A stretch of DNA of 64,000 nucleotides, taken from contig OZ242167.1 of NCBI GenBank assembly GCA_965205295.1, forward strand, positions 3,826,007 through 3,890,006. Reading direction: 5' to 3'. Each line of letters begins with the position of its first letter. The first letter of the stretch is position 1. The notes under the pieces are model-generated. The model did no database searches. It saw only the letters and a list, made by a program, of their open reading frames with translations, and was not told where the DNA came from. Below are positions 29,073 through 39,147 of the stretch, piece by piece. The translations under genes were made by a program, and so were the position numbers. The DNA comes from Candidatus Multivorans sp. (lineage in GTDB: Bacteria; Acidobacteriota; Thermoanaerobaculia; Multivoradales; Multivoraceae).

Positions 29073-31257
29073 GCGCCTGCCCGACGAGGTACCTGTACAG
29101 CTTGAGCATCAGCTTCGGCTCGTTCTCCTCCAACCAGCGCGCCGCTTCCGGCGTGAGCATCGAGGCTTGGCAAGGCTCGGTGGCGCGAACCTCGAATCGC
29201 GCGCTTCGACCACCGGGGCCGTCGCGGGGCCCGATGACGTCACCTGGACGGCGCTCCGCCACACGGGTTCCCGAAGCCCCGAAGAGGGCGACGCGGCCGA
29301 TGGTCAACAGCAGCATGCCCCTGGTTTTCTCGCCGTATGAGGCGATCGTTTCGCCGGCTCGATACTCGATCGGCTCCAACCAGGGCTCGAGTTCGGATAC
29401 GAGATCCTCGAACAGGATCTGCCGGTCCAGGTACGTCGTCAGGTCGTCGGCAACCCGCTCGAGAAGCTGCGAATCGACCCCTGCCGCATCGTCGCCTGAG
29501 ACTCGCGTGTGTGCCGCCAGGACCAGGTTCTCGCAGCGCTCCAAGGCTCCGTCCGCGTCGCGGGCCAGCAGTAGCCGGTCGTAGACGGAGGAGGGGAGAT
29601 TCCGTCGCAGTCCAAAGTCGAACTCCTTCGGCGTGCCGGTCAAGGCGATGTGCGAACCGTTGCTCTCGGCGGCGAGGATGAACCTGCTGAGGGCGTTCAC
29701 CGCGGAGACATCGCAGCCGGTTACGGCGCCAAAGTCGAGCAGGATGCAGACCGGCTTCGGGTCGGCGCTCAGTGACTGCTTCAGGCGGTCGGCAAGCGCG
29801 TGGGCGGTTCCGAAGAAGATGTACCCGCGCAGCTTGTAGACCTGTACGCGTTCGCCCTGTACGCGGAGAACGGCTCGCTCGGGAATCGGCCGGATCCGGT
29901 TGCTCCTGTGCTCACGTGCGGTGAACCGGGACTCGACCGGATCCACAGCCGCCAGTCGGGTCAGCAGGAAGATGACCAGGACCAGCGCGCCCACACCCAC
30001 CCCGACAAGGAACCCGAAGAACAGGATCGTCAGGAAGATCAGCAGGACGATCGCGAACTCCGGCCAGGCCAGGTTGCGGCGGACCCTCACCAGCCAGGCC
30101 TCCAGCAGGGTGGCTCCGGTGAACAGCAACACGCCGCCGACCAGCGGCGCCGGCACCAGGCGGATCACGGCATTGCCGGAGATCGCCACGATCGCGACGA
30201 AGAGGGCGACAAAGATGCCGGCAAGGCGGGTATCGGCCCCGAACATCAGGTTGCGCAATGAGGGAGACACGGTGAGGCATCCCGGCGGCGCGCCTCCGGC
30301 GCCGGCGGCCATGGACGCCAGACCCACCACCTTGAACTCTCGGTTCCAATCGAGTTCCAGGTTGCCGGCCAACTCGAAGGCTCCCAGGTAGATCACCAGG
30401 CAGAGAAAGGTCAGCAGCACCAGGGCCAGGAGGCTCGGAACCTGCGTGACGACAGCGGACCAGTCCACCTGGCCGAGGACCGCAGGATCGAACAGGGGCC
30501 AGAAGCCGCCCGCCGCTGATTCGGACATGCCGGCGAGTAGCAGGCCGGCCGTTTCCGCTTCGGCTATGGAGATGTCGAGAAGGGCGAGCGTCAGATAGAA
30601 GAGCGCCGTCGCCGCGGCGAAGCTCCCCGGCAGGATCAGGAGACTCTTGAACCGTCTCGTTGCCAGGAAGATGCCGAGCCCGTAGGCGATGCCGAGGCCC
30701 CAGTTGGCTACCGCGAGGGGCTCGAGAACGGACTCCGGGTTCAGAGAGTCCAGCGTCACCCCCATCGACCTGAACGCGATCTTGAAGCAGAGCGCTCCGA
30801 TGCCAGCCACGAATCCGCAGGCGAGAGGATAGGGAACGAACCGGATGAGGTTTGCGAGGCGGAACGAGCCGAGCAACATGGCGCACAGACCTGTGGCCAG
30901 GGAACCGATCGCGATGATCGCGATCATCGTTGCGAACAGGACGTCGCCCTGAAGCGTCAACGCCGCGCCGATCCCGGCTACGACGATCAACAGTGCCGGC
31001 GGGGAGGTCCCGACCGCGCCGCGGAAGCCGCTGCCTAGAGCGATGAACAAGCAGACGACGGCGTTGCCCAGCAGCACGATGCGGGTGCCCTGGACTGAGT
31101 AGGGCGCCAGAGCGCCGGCGAACACGACGCTCGCGAGGGCTACCTTGCTGACGACCTGGTTCGATCCGGCGATCAGGCCGAGAACCAATGCCGCCCAGGT
31201 CTTTCTGGATGTCGCCGTGCCGTACAGGCTCGATGCGACTTCCCCAAGGGGCTTCAT
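29044..31257 (-). CDS. SulP-family anion transporter with C-terminal STAS and cyclic-nucleotide-binding-like domains
   Basis: The ~480-aa polytopic core has SulP-like helices. A STAS domain (VYKLRGYIFFGTAHALADRL...CILLDFGAVTGCD) and a C-terminal cNMP-like beta-roll (EYRAGETIASYGEKTRGMLLLTIGRV) follow. Confidence 0.75.
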   Translation of the reverse strand: MKPLGEVASSLYGTATSRKTWAALVLGLIAGSNQVVSKVALASVVFAGALAPYSVQGTRIVLLGNAVVCLFIALGSGFRGAVGTSPPALLIVVAGIGAALTLQGDVLFATMIAIIAIGSLATGLCAMLLGSFRLANLIRFVPYPLACGFVAGIGALCFKIAFRSMGVTLDSLNPESVLEPLAVANWGLGIAYGLGIFLATRRFKSLLILPGSFAAATALFYLTLALLDISIAEAETAGLLLAGMSESAAGGFWPLFDPAVLGQVDWSAVVTQVPSLLALVLLTFLCLVIYLGAFELAGNLELDWNREFKVVGLASMAAGAGGAPPGCLTVSPSLRNLMFGADTRLAGIFVALFVAIVAISGNAVIRLVPAPLVGGVLLFTGATLLEAWLVRVRRNLAWPEFAIVLLIFLTILFFGFLVGVGVGALVLVIFLLTRLAAVDPVESRFTAREHRSNRIRPIPERAVLRVQGERVQVYKLRGYIFFGTAHALADRLKQSLSADPKPVCILLDFGAVTGCDVSAVNALSRFILAAESNGSHIALTGTPKEFDFGLRRNLPSSVYDRLLLARDADGALERCENLVLAAHTRVSGDDAAGVDSQLLERVADDLTTYLDRQILFEDLVSELEPWLEPIEYRAGETIASYGEKTRGMLLLTIGRVALFGASGTRVAERRPGDVIGPRDGPGGRSARFEVRATEPCQASMLTPEAARWLEENEPKLMLKLYRYLVGQAPTATREPTA

Positions 31258-31310
31258 TTACGTCCTCACGGGTCTAAGGGGTTTCGGGGCGACATGCAAG
31301 GTAGACCTCA

Positions 31311-32939
31311 CTAGCGGCTCTGCTGGTTTGGCATTGCCACGAACGCAGTTCGTTCCAGCTCGGTTGATAGATCGTAGAGCAGTTCTCTGCGCCACCACGG
31401 CCCGCCCGCCCCAGGTTCACTGAACTTGTAGTCGTAGAGCCGCAGGCGCAGGTAGTTGGGCGGTTCGGCCTGCCGGCTTGCCGGGCCGAGCAACCGCAGC
31501 ACCGCGGGCTCGCCCTCGAACAGCCGGGTTACGAAGGGGCCCAACCAGTCGGCGCGCTGCGGATCGAGCGCCGCGAACCACATCTGCCAGTCGAGCCGGG
31601 GCATGTGGGGCTGGGCGGCGCGGGGCGGACGATCGACAGGCCCGGGCTTGAAGCGGAAGGCCAGCTCGCTCCAGATCACGCCGTCGGCGCTCGTCTCGAC
31701 CACGATCTCGGGGCGCGAGGTCGTCATCGCGCGGAACAGGCCGTAGCCGTTGATGGAGCGGAACGGCGCGATGGCTCGCAGCAGAGGCGCCGCCGGATCG
31801 ACGAGCACCCGGTCGACGAGGTCGGCCGCGGCGGCCGCCCGTGGGGGAGTGTCCGGTCCGCGCGGCAAAGAGCGGGTGAGTTCGCGGCTGGCGACCAGGA
31901 AGCTCAGGCAGAGGATCGCGGCCGCTCCTGCCCAGCGGATCCGTTGGGAGGCGACCGTTGGGAGGCTGCCGGCGCCGGGAGCGGGCGCGGGTTGGCTGGA
32001 CCCGTTCGCCTGGCCCCCGCCGCGACCGGCTATCCAGCCGAACCCGCCGGTGTCGAGCCACGACAGGCAGAGCACCGCGCTCAGCAGGTTGAAGAAGCCG
32101 TAGTTGCCGGTGGCGGCAATCAGAACTTGAAACGCCAGCAGCATTCCCATGCCGGTGCGACGCAGACGCCGAGAGAAGACAAGCCACGGCGCCGCCAGCT
32201 CGACCGCGAACATGATCAGCACCGAGAGCCGATGGAACCAGTCCGGGAGGTGGTGCGCGTACCAGCTCGCCGTGACCGGGAGCGGCTGGCTGAAGTAGTG
32301 GACATCGAGTGCGGTCAGTTGCCACCACGTCGAGTCGAGACTGAGCAGCTTGACCGCGCCCGAGAGGAACATCAGCTTGACCACCAGCAGCCGGAACAGC
32401 CACAGGCCCGGCCGGCCGGCCGCGGCGTCCGGGGTGCCGCCGAACGCCGCTCGGACGCGCGCCGCCAAGGTGTCGGGCCGCGGCCCTGAACCGGTCGGCC
32501 AGCCGAGGGGGGCCAGCACGACGGCGCAAACCGTCGCCTCGAGCAGCAGCGTGTCCCACTGGAAGGCGAGGAAGGTCTGCCCGCCCCAGACCAGGGACAG
32601 GTAGCAGAGCCAGAGAGCGCCGAAGACGGGGCCGGTCACCATGCCGGCGAGTGCCAGCAGCGAGAGGACGACGCCGGCCGCGCAGAGGACGTGCAGCGCC
32701 GTGTCGCTGGAAGAGAACCAGAGCAATGACGGCGCCTTCGCCAGGCGTTCCAGGGTGCCCGGGCCGAGCACCCGTTCGAGGTAGGCGAAGAACTCCCCGG
32801 CCGGCAGGATGCCGCGCGATCCGATCAGACCGTCGATCTGCACCCAGAGGGAGACGAAGGCGACCAGGTGGACTGCGCCCAGCAGCCGCAGCAGGATTCG
32901 AGCACGAGGCACGACCCCTATCCTGACGGAGGCTGGCAT
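31311..32939 (-). CDS. HTTM / lipase-maturation-factor (LMF)-like integral membrane protein
   Basis: The ~540-aa polytopic protein has the FQWDTLLLE motif typical of LMF/HTTM-domain proteins. The start is uncertain; M70 of the track ORF was chosen. Confidence 0.4.
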   Translation of the reverse strand: MPASVRIGVVPRARILLRLLGAVHLVAFVSLWVQIDGLIGSRGILPAGEFFAYLERVLGPGTLERLAKAPSLLWFSSSDTALHVLCAAGVVLSLLALAGMVTGPVFGALWLCYLSLVWGGQTFLAFQWDTLLLEATVCAVVLAPLGWPTGSGPRPDTLAARVRAAFGGTPDAAAGRPGLWLFRLLVVKLMFLSGAVKLLSLDSTWWQLTALDVHYFSQPLPVTASWYAHHLPDWFHRLSVLIMFAVELAAPWLVFSRRLRRTGMGMLLAFQVLIAATGNYGFFNLLSAVLCLSWLDTGGFGWIAGRGGGQANGSSQPAPAPGAGSLPTVASQRIRWAGAAAILCLSFLVASRELTRSLPRGPDTPPRAAAAADLVDRVLVDPAAPLLRAIAPFRSINGYGLFRAMTTSRPEIVVETSADGVIWSELAFRFKPGPVDRPPRAAQPHMPRLDWQMWFAALDPQRADWLGPFVTRLFEGEPAVLRLLGPASRQAEPPNYLRLRLYDYKFSEPGAGGPWWRRELLYDLSTELERTAFVAMPNQQSR

Positions 32940-32991
32940 ACTGCGGCGCCCAGCGGCGGAAGAGGAACCAACAGAGGGCATCGAAGTGGAA

Positions 32992-34140
32992 ATGGAGACC
33001 TTCGAACTGGAGCGGCAGCAGTCGCTCTGGGAACACCGGGTTGACGTGAACCTGAGCGAGAGCGGCGTCGAGCCGTTGTCGCTCGACGGCCTGGCGGAGA
33101 TGGGGCTCGACCTGGACTGGCTCCGCGCGCTGCCGCTCGAGTACATCCAGTCGAATGGGACTCCCGAGTTGCGGTCGCAGCTTGCCGCTCAGTACGCGGG
33201 AGCATCGAGCGAGCACCTGCTGGTGACCAACGGCTCGTCCGAGGCGAACTACGTGACCGTGCAGGTATTGATCGAGCCCGGTGACGAAGTCGTGGCGATC
33301 GTGCCCAACTACCTGCAGGTGGCGTTGGCGGCGCGGGGCCTGGGCGCGGTGGTGCGCGACGTGCCGCTGCTGCCCGGCGAAGATGAGTCGAGTTGGTCCC
33401 TCGACTGGGAGACCTTCGAGGCCGCCGTCTGCGAACGGACGAAGCTCATTTACCTGAGCCATCCGAACAACCCGACCGGCCACGTGTTCACGCCCGCCGA
33501 ACTCGATGCGGTAGCGGCGGCGGCGGAACGGGTCGGCGCGTGGGTTCTGAGCGACGAGGTCTACCGCGGCGCCGTGCACGATCTGGCGCCGGGCGAGGAG
33601 GCGCCGGGCATGTGGGGTCGCGGCGAGCGGGTGATCGCCGTCTCGGGTCTGTCCAAGGCGTACGGCCTGCCGGGGGCCCGGCTCGGCTGGATGGTGGGTC
33701 CGCCCGAGTTCGTGGAGCGTTGCTGGGCGCGGCGCGACTACACGACGATCGCTCCTGGCGCGCTCTCCGACGCGATCGCCCGCTTCGCCACGGAGCCGTC
33801 CAACCAGGAACGGCTGGTCGAGCGCGCGCGGCGGATGATGCGCGTCAACCGGGAGACGTTCCGCGACTGGGCCGGGCGGCAGAACGGCGCGCTCGTCTAT
33901 CGGGAACCGCGTGCCGGCGCCTACGCCTTCGTCCCGTTCCGTGAGAACGGCCGCCTGGCCGACTGTGCGGCCTTCGCCGAGAGGCTGCGCCGGAACCGCA
34001 GCGTGCTGCTGGTCGCGGGGCGCTGGGCCGGCATGCCGGGCTATCTGCGCTTCGGGCTGGGCCCGCCGCCTGTGACCTTCGCGGAAGGTCTTCGCCGGGT
34101 GGGACTGGAGATCGAAGCTGGGGCTGGAGCCGGATCGTGA
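32992..34140 (+). CDS. PLP-dependent aminotransferase, class I/II
   Basis: HLLVTNGSSEAN is present, along with the PLP-lysine motif SGLSKAYGLPGARLGW and a C-terminal small domain. Confidence 0.8.
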   Translation: METFELERQQSLWEHRVDVNLSESGVEPLSLDGLAEMGLDLDWLRALPLEYIQSNGTPELRSQLAAQYAGASSEHLLVTNGSSEANYVTVQVLIEPGDEVVAIVPNYLQVALAARGLGAVVRDVPLLPGEDESSWSLDWETFEAAVCERTKLIYLSHPNNPTGHVFTPAELDAVAAAAERVGAWVLSDEVYRGAVHDLAPGEEAPGMWGRGERVIAVSGLSKAYGLPGARLGWMVGPPEFVERCWARRDYTTIAPGALSDAIARFATEPSNQERLVERARRMMRVNRETFRDWAGRQNGALVYREPRAGAYAFVPFRENGRLADCAAFAERLRRNRSVLLVAGRWAGMPGYLRFGLGPPPVTFAEGLRRVGLEIEAGAGAGS

Positions 34141-35036
34141 GCAGCGCCCGCCTCCGGCGCGCCGTCCACTTCGTTCCCGGCGGCAACGAGCGGATGCTCG
34201 CCAAGTCCCTGGGGCTCGAGGCGGACACGCTGATCCTCGACCTCGAGGACGCGGTGACGCCGGACCGGAAGGTGGACGTGCGCCGTGAGGTGGCCGGGTG
34301 GCTCAAGGCAACCGACTTCGGCGGCAAGGAGCGCGCGGTGCGGGTCAACGACCTGATGACGCCCTGGGGCCGCGAGGACTACGAGGTCACGATGGAGCAT
34401 CCGCCTGACGCCTACGTGGTGCCCAAGGTCAGCGGCGTCGACGACGTGCTGCGGGTGGACCGGCTGGTGGCGCAACTGGAGTTGGCCCATGGGCACGACC
34501 TGGGCGGCATCGCCCTCATCCTGATCGCGACCGAGACCGCCGGCGGGGCGCTCAACCTCGCGCACCTGACGGCGACCACGCGGGTGTCGGCGTTGACCTG
34601 GGGCGCGGAGGACCTGTCGGTATCGATCGGCGCCAGTCGCCGCCGCGACGAGCGCGGCGAGTACCTCGACGTGTTCCGCTACTGCCGTTCCATGACCCTG
34701 CTCGCGGCGCGCGCCGGCGGCGCCCAGCCGATCGACAGCGTCTTCACCGACATCGGCGACCTGGACGCTCTACGCCAGGACTGCCAGCGGGCGGCCTGGA
34801 TGGGCTTCGAGGGCAAGATGACGATCCACCCGAACCAGATCCCGATCGTCAACGAGGTGTTCACGCCGAGCGAGGCGGAGATCGCTTCCGCCGCCGCCCT
34901 GGTTGCCGCCTTCGCCGAGAACCAGGCCCAGGGCCGCATGGCCTTCCGCCACGAAGGCCAGATGGTCGACGCACCCCACCTGCACCGGGCTGAACGGGTG
35001 CTCGACCGGGCTCGGCAGGCCGGGGCGGTCGAGTAG
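34137..35036 (+). CDS. HpcH/HpaI aldolase / citrate lyase beta-subunit (CitE)-like protein
   Basis: LDLEDAV, VRVN and LIATETAGGALN motifs are present. The GTGA start overlaps the aminotransferase stop. Confidence 0.8.
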   Translation: MSSARLRRAVHFVPGGNERMLAKSLGLEADTLILDLEDAVTPDRKVDVRREVAGWLKATDFGGKERAVRVNDLMTPWGREDYEVTMEHPPDAYVVPKVSGVDDVLRVDRLVAQLELAHGHDLGGIALILIATETAGGALNLAHLTATTRVSALTWGAEDLSVSIGASRRRDERGEYLDVFRYCRSMTLLAARAGGAQPIDSVFTDIGDLDALRQDCQRAAWMGFEGKMTIHPNQIPIVNEVFTPSEAEIASAAALVAAFAENQAQGRMAFRHEGQMVDAPHLHRAERVLDRARQAGAVE

Positions 35037-35067
35037 GGCTGCCGCGCAGGCCCACGTCGGGCTGGCG

Positions 35068-35135
35068 TCGTCGGGCGTCGCTCGTTCGGAGGCACCTGGG
35101 AGCTGACCCCTCCCAACCCCGACTGGGCTGGAGGT
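35068..35135. repeat. solo degenerate terminal fragment of the 190-bp MITE-like element
   Basis: GGGCGTCGCTCGTTCGGAGGCACCTGGGAGCTGACCCCTCCC aligns to the right arm and TIR of copy A (GGGGCGTCGCTCGCTCCGAGGCACCTGGAGGTTGACCCCCCT). It lies just after the citE-like gene. Confidence 0.6.
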
Positions 35136-35183
35136 CGTTGCCGAGAGGGCTGACGCACGAGGCAAGGCACCGACCGCTTTCAG

Positions 35184-37064
35184 ATGGCGGCCGGCTGGAC
35201 ACCTTCGGTGAGCCGCGTCAAAGTCCATGGCTTGGACGGGAGACCCCAGGTGAAGCGGCGGGCATTCGCGGTGACGTTGCCGGTCGCTGGCTTCCTGCTC
35301 GTGGCATGCGGCCCGGCTCCGTTGCCGGTCGAGGTGGTCGATCTCGTCTCGGAGTTCCGTTACGCCGAGGTCGAAGGGGAACGGTCGCTGATCGACCTGG
35401 GAACCCCCTCAGCGGCCGCCGCTCGGGTCGGTGGTTGGTCATGGAACGAAACGGATCCGGCTGGCGCCACGTTCGCGTGGGCGGTCGGGCCGCGTTCGGA
35501 GGTCGGGGTGTTTCTGGCATGGGCGCGGGATCTGGAGGTCCGCATGCGGTGCCGGGCGTACCGCCATCCGGGGGCGCCGGCGCAGGTCCTCGGCGTTTTC
35601 TGGGACGACGTGGAGGTCGCGTCCCTGGAGCTCGAGGCCGGCTTCATGGAGCACAGCTTCGTCGTGTCAGCGGACCGGGCGACTCCCGGCAGTCACCGGC
35701 TTTCCTTCGTGCCGGCGTACTTGGGGCGGCCGGAAGGGACGAGAGAAGCGGGCCAGGCGCCGAAGCACCCCAGAAAACTCTCCTTCGCGTGCGACTGGAT
35801 TGCTCTGGGGGACGGGCCCGATGCTGGTAAGGCGCGCGGGGAGGGCGAAACGCTCTGGATCCCGGCGGCCAGCGAGGTTTCCTTCTTCCTGGAACCGGAG
35901 CAGGACCTCGAGTTGCGGTGGGAGGGCATCGCGCCGCGGGGTGTCGGCGGCTTGGACGTGGTGTGGGAGGTCGAGGGCGCGGTACCAGTTACCGACTTCG
36001 TCACCGAGGAGTCCGCTCCGACATTGCGTCTGCCCCTGCCGCCGTTGGGAGAACAGGCGGCGGGCGCGGCCGACGACGACTGGCTGGCACCCGTGCGACC
36101 GGCGCGGCTGACGCTGCGCGCTGCGGGCGGAGCAGCCGCTTCAGGTGGTGAAGAAGTTGGCGTTGTTCTGCGTCGGCCTCGGCTGACCGCGGATGAGCGC
36201 GGGTTGCCGCTGCCGGATCGCGCCCCGGAGCGGCGGTCGTTCGACGCGGCGGCGGCTTTGGAGCCGTCTTCTCTCGTCGGTGAACGACGGTCCGAGTCCA
36301 TCCTGCTCTGGATCGTCGACACATTGCGGGTCGACCGGCTCGGCTTCTACGGCCACGAGCGGCCTGTGTCGCCGAACTTCGACGCCCTGGCGGCGCGGTC
36401 CACGGTGTTCGAACGGGCGATCGCCCAGTCGTCGTGGACCCGGCCGACCGTCGCCACTCTGCTCACGGGCGTGGGGCCCGAGCGCCACGGCATCCGGGAG
36501 CTGAGCCACGGCCTGGAGGAGTCGTTCGCCACCCTGCCGGAGCGGCTGAAGGAGCTGGGCTATGCCACCGCGGGCTTCTCGGCGAACGCGAACGTGACCG
36601 GCGATACCGGGTTCGGGCAGGGGTTCGACCGCTTCGAGTACGGGGAGGGCGATGCCGACGAACTTGCCCGCCGGGCGCTTGCCTGGCTGGACGAGCTGGC
36701 GCCTCCGCTTGACGGCAAAGCCGAAGACATCGACCTCCCGGCCCGGCAAGTGTTCGCCGATCGTCTTCTCCTCTCGACGATGGACACGTTCCGGCGGCCC
36801 GCCGCGTCCCTGGTTCGCGGCCGCTACAAGTTGATCGAGCCGCGCCGCCCCGGGCAAGCGCCGAGCCGGCAACTGTTCGACTGGCTGGACGACCCGGAAG
36901 AGCGGCGCGACCTGGCCGCCGAACGGCCGATCCTGGCGGGTCGTCTGGCCCGGCTGCTGCGTGAACAGTTGGAACTCTCAGGACAGGGCGGTGTGGAGGC
37001 GGTCGAGGTCGAGGTGGACGACGAAACCCGCCGTCGACTCCAGGCCCTCGGCTACATCGAGTAG
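35184..37064 (+). CDS. lipoprotein with C-terminal sulfatase-like (alkaline-phosphatase superfamily) hydrolase/transferase domain
   Basis: A lipobox LLVAC is present. The C-terminal ~280 aa begin ILLWIVDTLRVDRLGFYG ... SSWTRPTVATLLTG, a sulfatase N-terminal-type metal-binding region. The N-terminal ~300 aa are uncharacterised. Confidence 0.6.
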   Translation: MAAGWTPSVSRVKVHGLDGRPQVKRRAFAVTLPVAGFLLVACGPAPLPVEVVDLVSEFRYAEVEGERSLIDLGTPSAAAARVGGWSWNETDPAGATFAWAVGPRSEVGVFLAWARDLEVRMRCRAYRHPGAPAQVLGVFWDDVEVASLELEAGFMEHSFVVSADRATPGSHRLSFVPAYLGRPEGTREAGQAPKHPRKLSFACDWIALGDGPDAGKARGEGETLWIPAASEVSFFLEPEQDLELRWEGIAPRGVGGLDVVWEVEGAVPVTDFVTEESAPTLRLPLPPLGEQAAGAADDDWLAPVRPARLTLRAAGGAAASGGEEVGVVLRRPRLTADERGLPLPDRAPERRSFDAAAALEPSSLVGERRSESILLWIVDTLRVDRLGFYGHERPVSPNFDALAARSTVFERAIAQSSWTRPTVATLLTGVGPERHGIRELSHGLEESFATLPERLKELGYATAGFSANANVTGDTGFGQGFDRFEYGEGDADELARRALAWLDELAPPLDGKAEDIDLPARQVFADRLLLSTMDTFRRPAASLVRGRYKLIEPRRPGQAPSRQLFDWLDDPEERRDLAAERPILAGRLARLLREQLELSGQGGVEAVEVEVDDETRRRLQALGYIE

Positions 37065-37093
37065 CGGCAGGTTGCGCTAGGCTTCGTCCTCGC

Positions 37094-37858
37094 ATGAGCA
37101 AGCTCTTCCGTCGCACCGGCGCCGCGTTGGCGGTCGCTTCTCTCCTCTTTGCCGCCGGCGCGGCGGCCCAGGGGGACGACCCGCCGATCGACGTTCTGAT
37201 GCTCGCCACCGACGATGCGATGCGGGGCGACTCCAGCGAGAGCCGGATCACGATGCGGATCAAGACCGAGCGTTGGCAGCGGGAGTTGCGGCTCCACGTC
37301 ATCTCGGAGGGCAGCGAGAAGTCGCTGGTGCGGATCGAAGCGCCGGCCAAGGAGCGCGGCACGGCAACGCTCAAGGTCGAGCAGAGCATCTGGAACTACC
37401 TGCCGAACGTCGACCGGACGATCAAGGTGCCGGCGTCGATGATGCAGGCGGCGTGGATGGGCAGCCACTTCACGAACGACGACCTGGTGCATGAGTCTCG
37501 CTACAGCGAGGACTTCGAGTGCGCCTACCGGGAGCGGCCGGCGGACGAGTCGGGCCATTGGGTGGTGCGCTGCGTGCCGCTACCGGATGCTCCGGTCGTG
37601 TGGGGCGCGATCGACGCCCGGTTTCGGGCGCGGGATTTTCTGCTCGACCAGGCCGAGTACTTCGACGAGCGTGAACGGTTGGTGCGCACGATCCTCTACG
37701 AGGACTTCGGTCCGCTGGGCGGCAGGACGCTGCCGCGTCGGATGCGGGTGATACCGGCGGACGATCCCGACGAGTTCACCGAAATCGTCTACGAGGAGCA
37801 CGAGTTCAACATCGATCTGCCGCCGGGTACGTTCTCGCTGCAGTCGTTACGGCGGTGA
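37094..37858 (+). CDS. outer-membrane lipoprotein-sorting (LolA-like) family periplasmic protein
   Basis: A signal peptide is followed by a LolA-like beta-barrel family pattern. It is the first gene of a 5-gene same-strand cassette with two FtsX permeases, an ABC ATPase and an OMP. Confidence 0.6.
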   Translation: MSKLFRRTGAALAVASLLFAAGAAAQGDDPPIDVLMLATDDAMRGDSSESRITMRIKTERWQRELRLHVISEGSEKSLVRIEAPAKERGTATLKVEQSIWNYLPNVDRTIKVPASMMQAAWMGSHFTNDDLVHESRYSEDFECAYRERPADESGHWVVRCVPLPDAPVVWGAIDARFRARDFLLDQAEYFDERERLVRTILYEDFGPLGGRTLPRRMRVIPADDPDEFTEIVYEEHEFNIDLPPGTFSLQSLRR

Positions 37859-37880
37859 CTTCAGCACGAGGCGCGGCGGG

Positions 37881-39107
37881 ATGAAGATACTCCGCATGGC
37901 CTGGCGCAACCTGTGGCGCAACGGTCGCCGCACGCTGGTTACGGTCGGCGCGATGACGCTGGCCCTGTGGGCGATGGTGGTCTACACCTCGCTCATGGAG
38001 GGGATGCTCGGCAGCATGGAGAGCACCCTGCTCGATGTGGAGTTGGGCGAGATCCAGATTCACGCGGCGGGCTACCGGGAACGGCCGTCGATCTGGGACC
38101 GGATCGAAGATCCGGACGCACTCCTAGAGGCCCTGGAAGAGACCGGGCTGCGGTCGAGCGCGCGTCTTCTCGGCGGCGCGCTGGTCGCTTCAGGCGACGC
38201 GTCGACCGGAGCGCTGCTCAAGGGTCTGCAGCCGGAGCGCGACGCGTTGGTCAGCGATGTCTACCTGCGGCTCGACCGGGGCGAATGGCTCGACTCGTCC
38301 GATCCCGAAGGCGTCGTGCTGGGGTACAGACTGGCGCGGACGCTGGCGGTGGAGCCCGGCGACGAACTGATAGCACTCAGCCAGGCGACCGACGGCAGCA
38401 TGGCGAACGACCTGTTCCGGATCCGCGGCGTACTCCAGAGCCTGAGTGAGGAGACGGACCGGGCGACGGTGTTCCTGGTCGAGGATCAATTCCGGAGTTT
38501 CTTCGCCCTGGAGGACGGGGCGCACCAGGTCATCGTCCGCAGCGGGGAGGGTCAGGATCTGGCCGCGGCGGCAGGCGTCGTCGCCGATGCCGCGGCCATC
38601 AGTTCCCCCGGGGCCGAGGTGCGGAGTTGGCGCGAACTCCTGCCGGGCCTGGCCAACATCTTCGACTCGGCTCAAGCCGCCGTCCAGGTCGTGGCGTTCA
38701 TCGTCTACGTGGTGATCGCGATCCTGATCCTGAACGCGATGCTGATGGCGGTCTTCGAGCGGATCCGGGAGTTCGGCGTGCTCAAGGCGATCGGGGTGTC
38801 CCCGGGGAAGGTTCTAGCGCTCATCCTGGTCGAGGGCGCCTTGCAGACTGCCCTGGCGATCGCGGTGGGATTGACGGCGAGTCTGCCGGCACTCTGGTTC
38901 GTGGTCGAGCGGGGGATCGATGTCGGGACCTTGGGCGGAACCGCGTTGATGGGCGTCTCGATGGATCAGATCTGGACCGGCGCGGTCAGTCCGGCCACGA
39001 TCGCGGGGCCGGTTGCGATCCTGGTGTTCATCGTCGGGCTGGCGGTGATGTTCCCGGCGATCAAGGCGGCGCGGATCAGCCCGATCGAGGCGATCCACCA
39101 CCAGTAG
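37881..39107 (+). CDS. ABC transporter permease, FtsX/MacB/LolC family
   Basis: An N-terminal TM (WRNLWRNGRRTLVTVGAMTLAL) and a periplasmic domain are followed by a C-terminal 3-TM FtsX bundle. Confidence 0.8.
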   Translation: MKILRMAWRNLWRNGRRTLVTVGAMTLALWAMVVYTSLMEGMLGSMESTLLDVELGEIQIHAAGYRERPSIWDRIEDPDALLEALEETGLRSSARLLGGALVASGDASTGALLKGLQPERDALVSDVYLRLDRGEWLDSSDPEGVVLGYRLARTLAVEPGDELIALSQATDGSMANDLFRIRGVLQSLSEETDRATVFLVEDQFRSFFALEDGAHQVIVRSGEGQDLAAAAGVVADAAAISSPGAEVRSWRELLPGLANIFDSAQAAVQVVAFIVYVVIAILILNAMLMAVFERIREFGVLKAIGVSPGKVLALILVEGALQTALAIAVGLTASLPALWFVVERGIDVGTLGGTALMGVSMDQIWTGAVSPATIAGPVAILVFIVGLAVMFPAIKAARISPIEAIHHQ

Positions 39108-39147
39108 ATGCGGTGGGGAACGTGAGAAGGGAAGGAAGGGGGAGAAC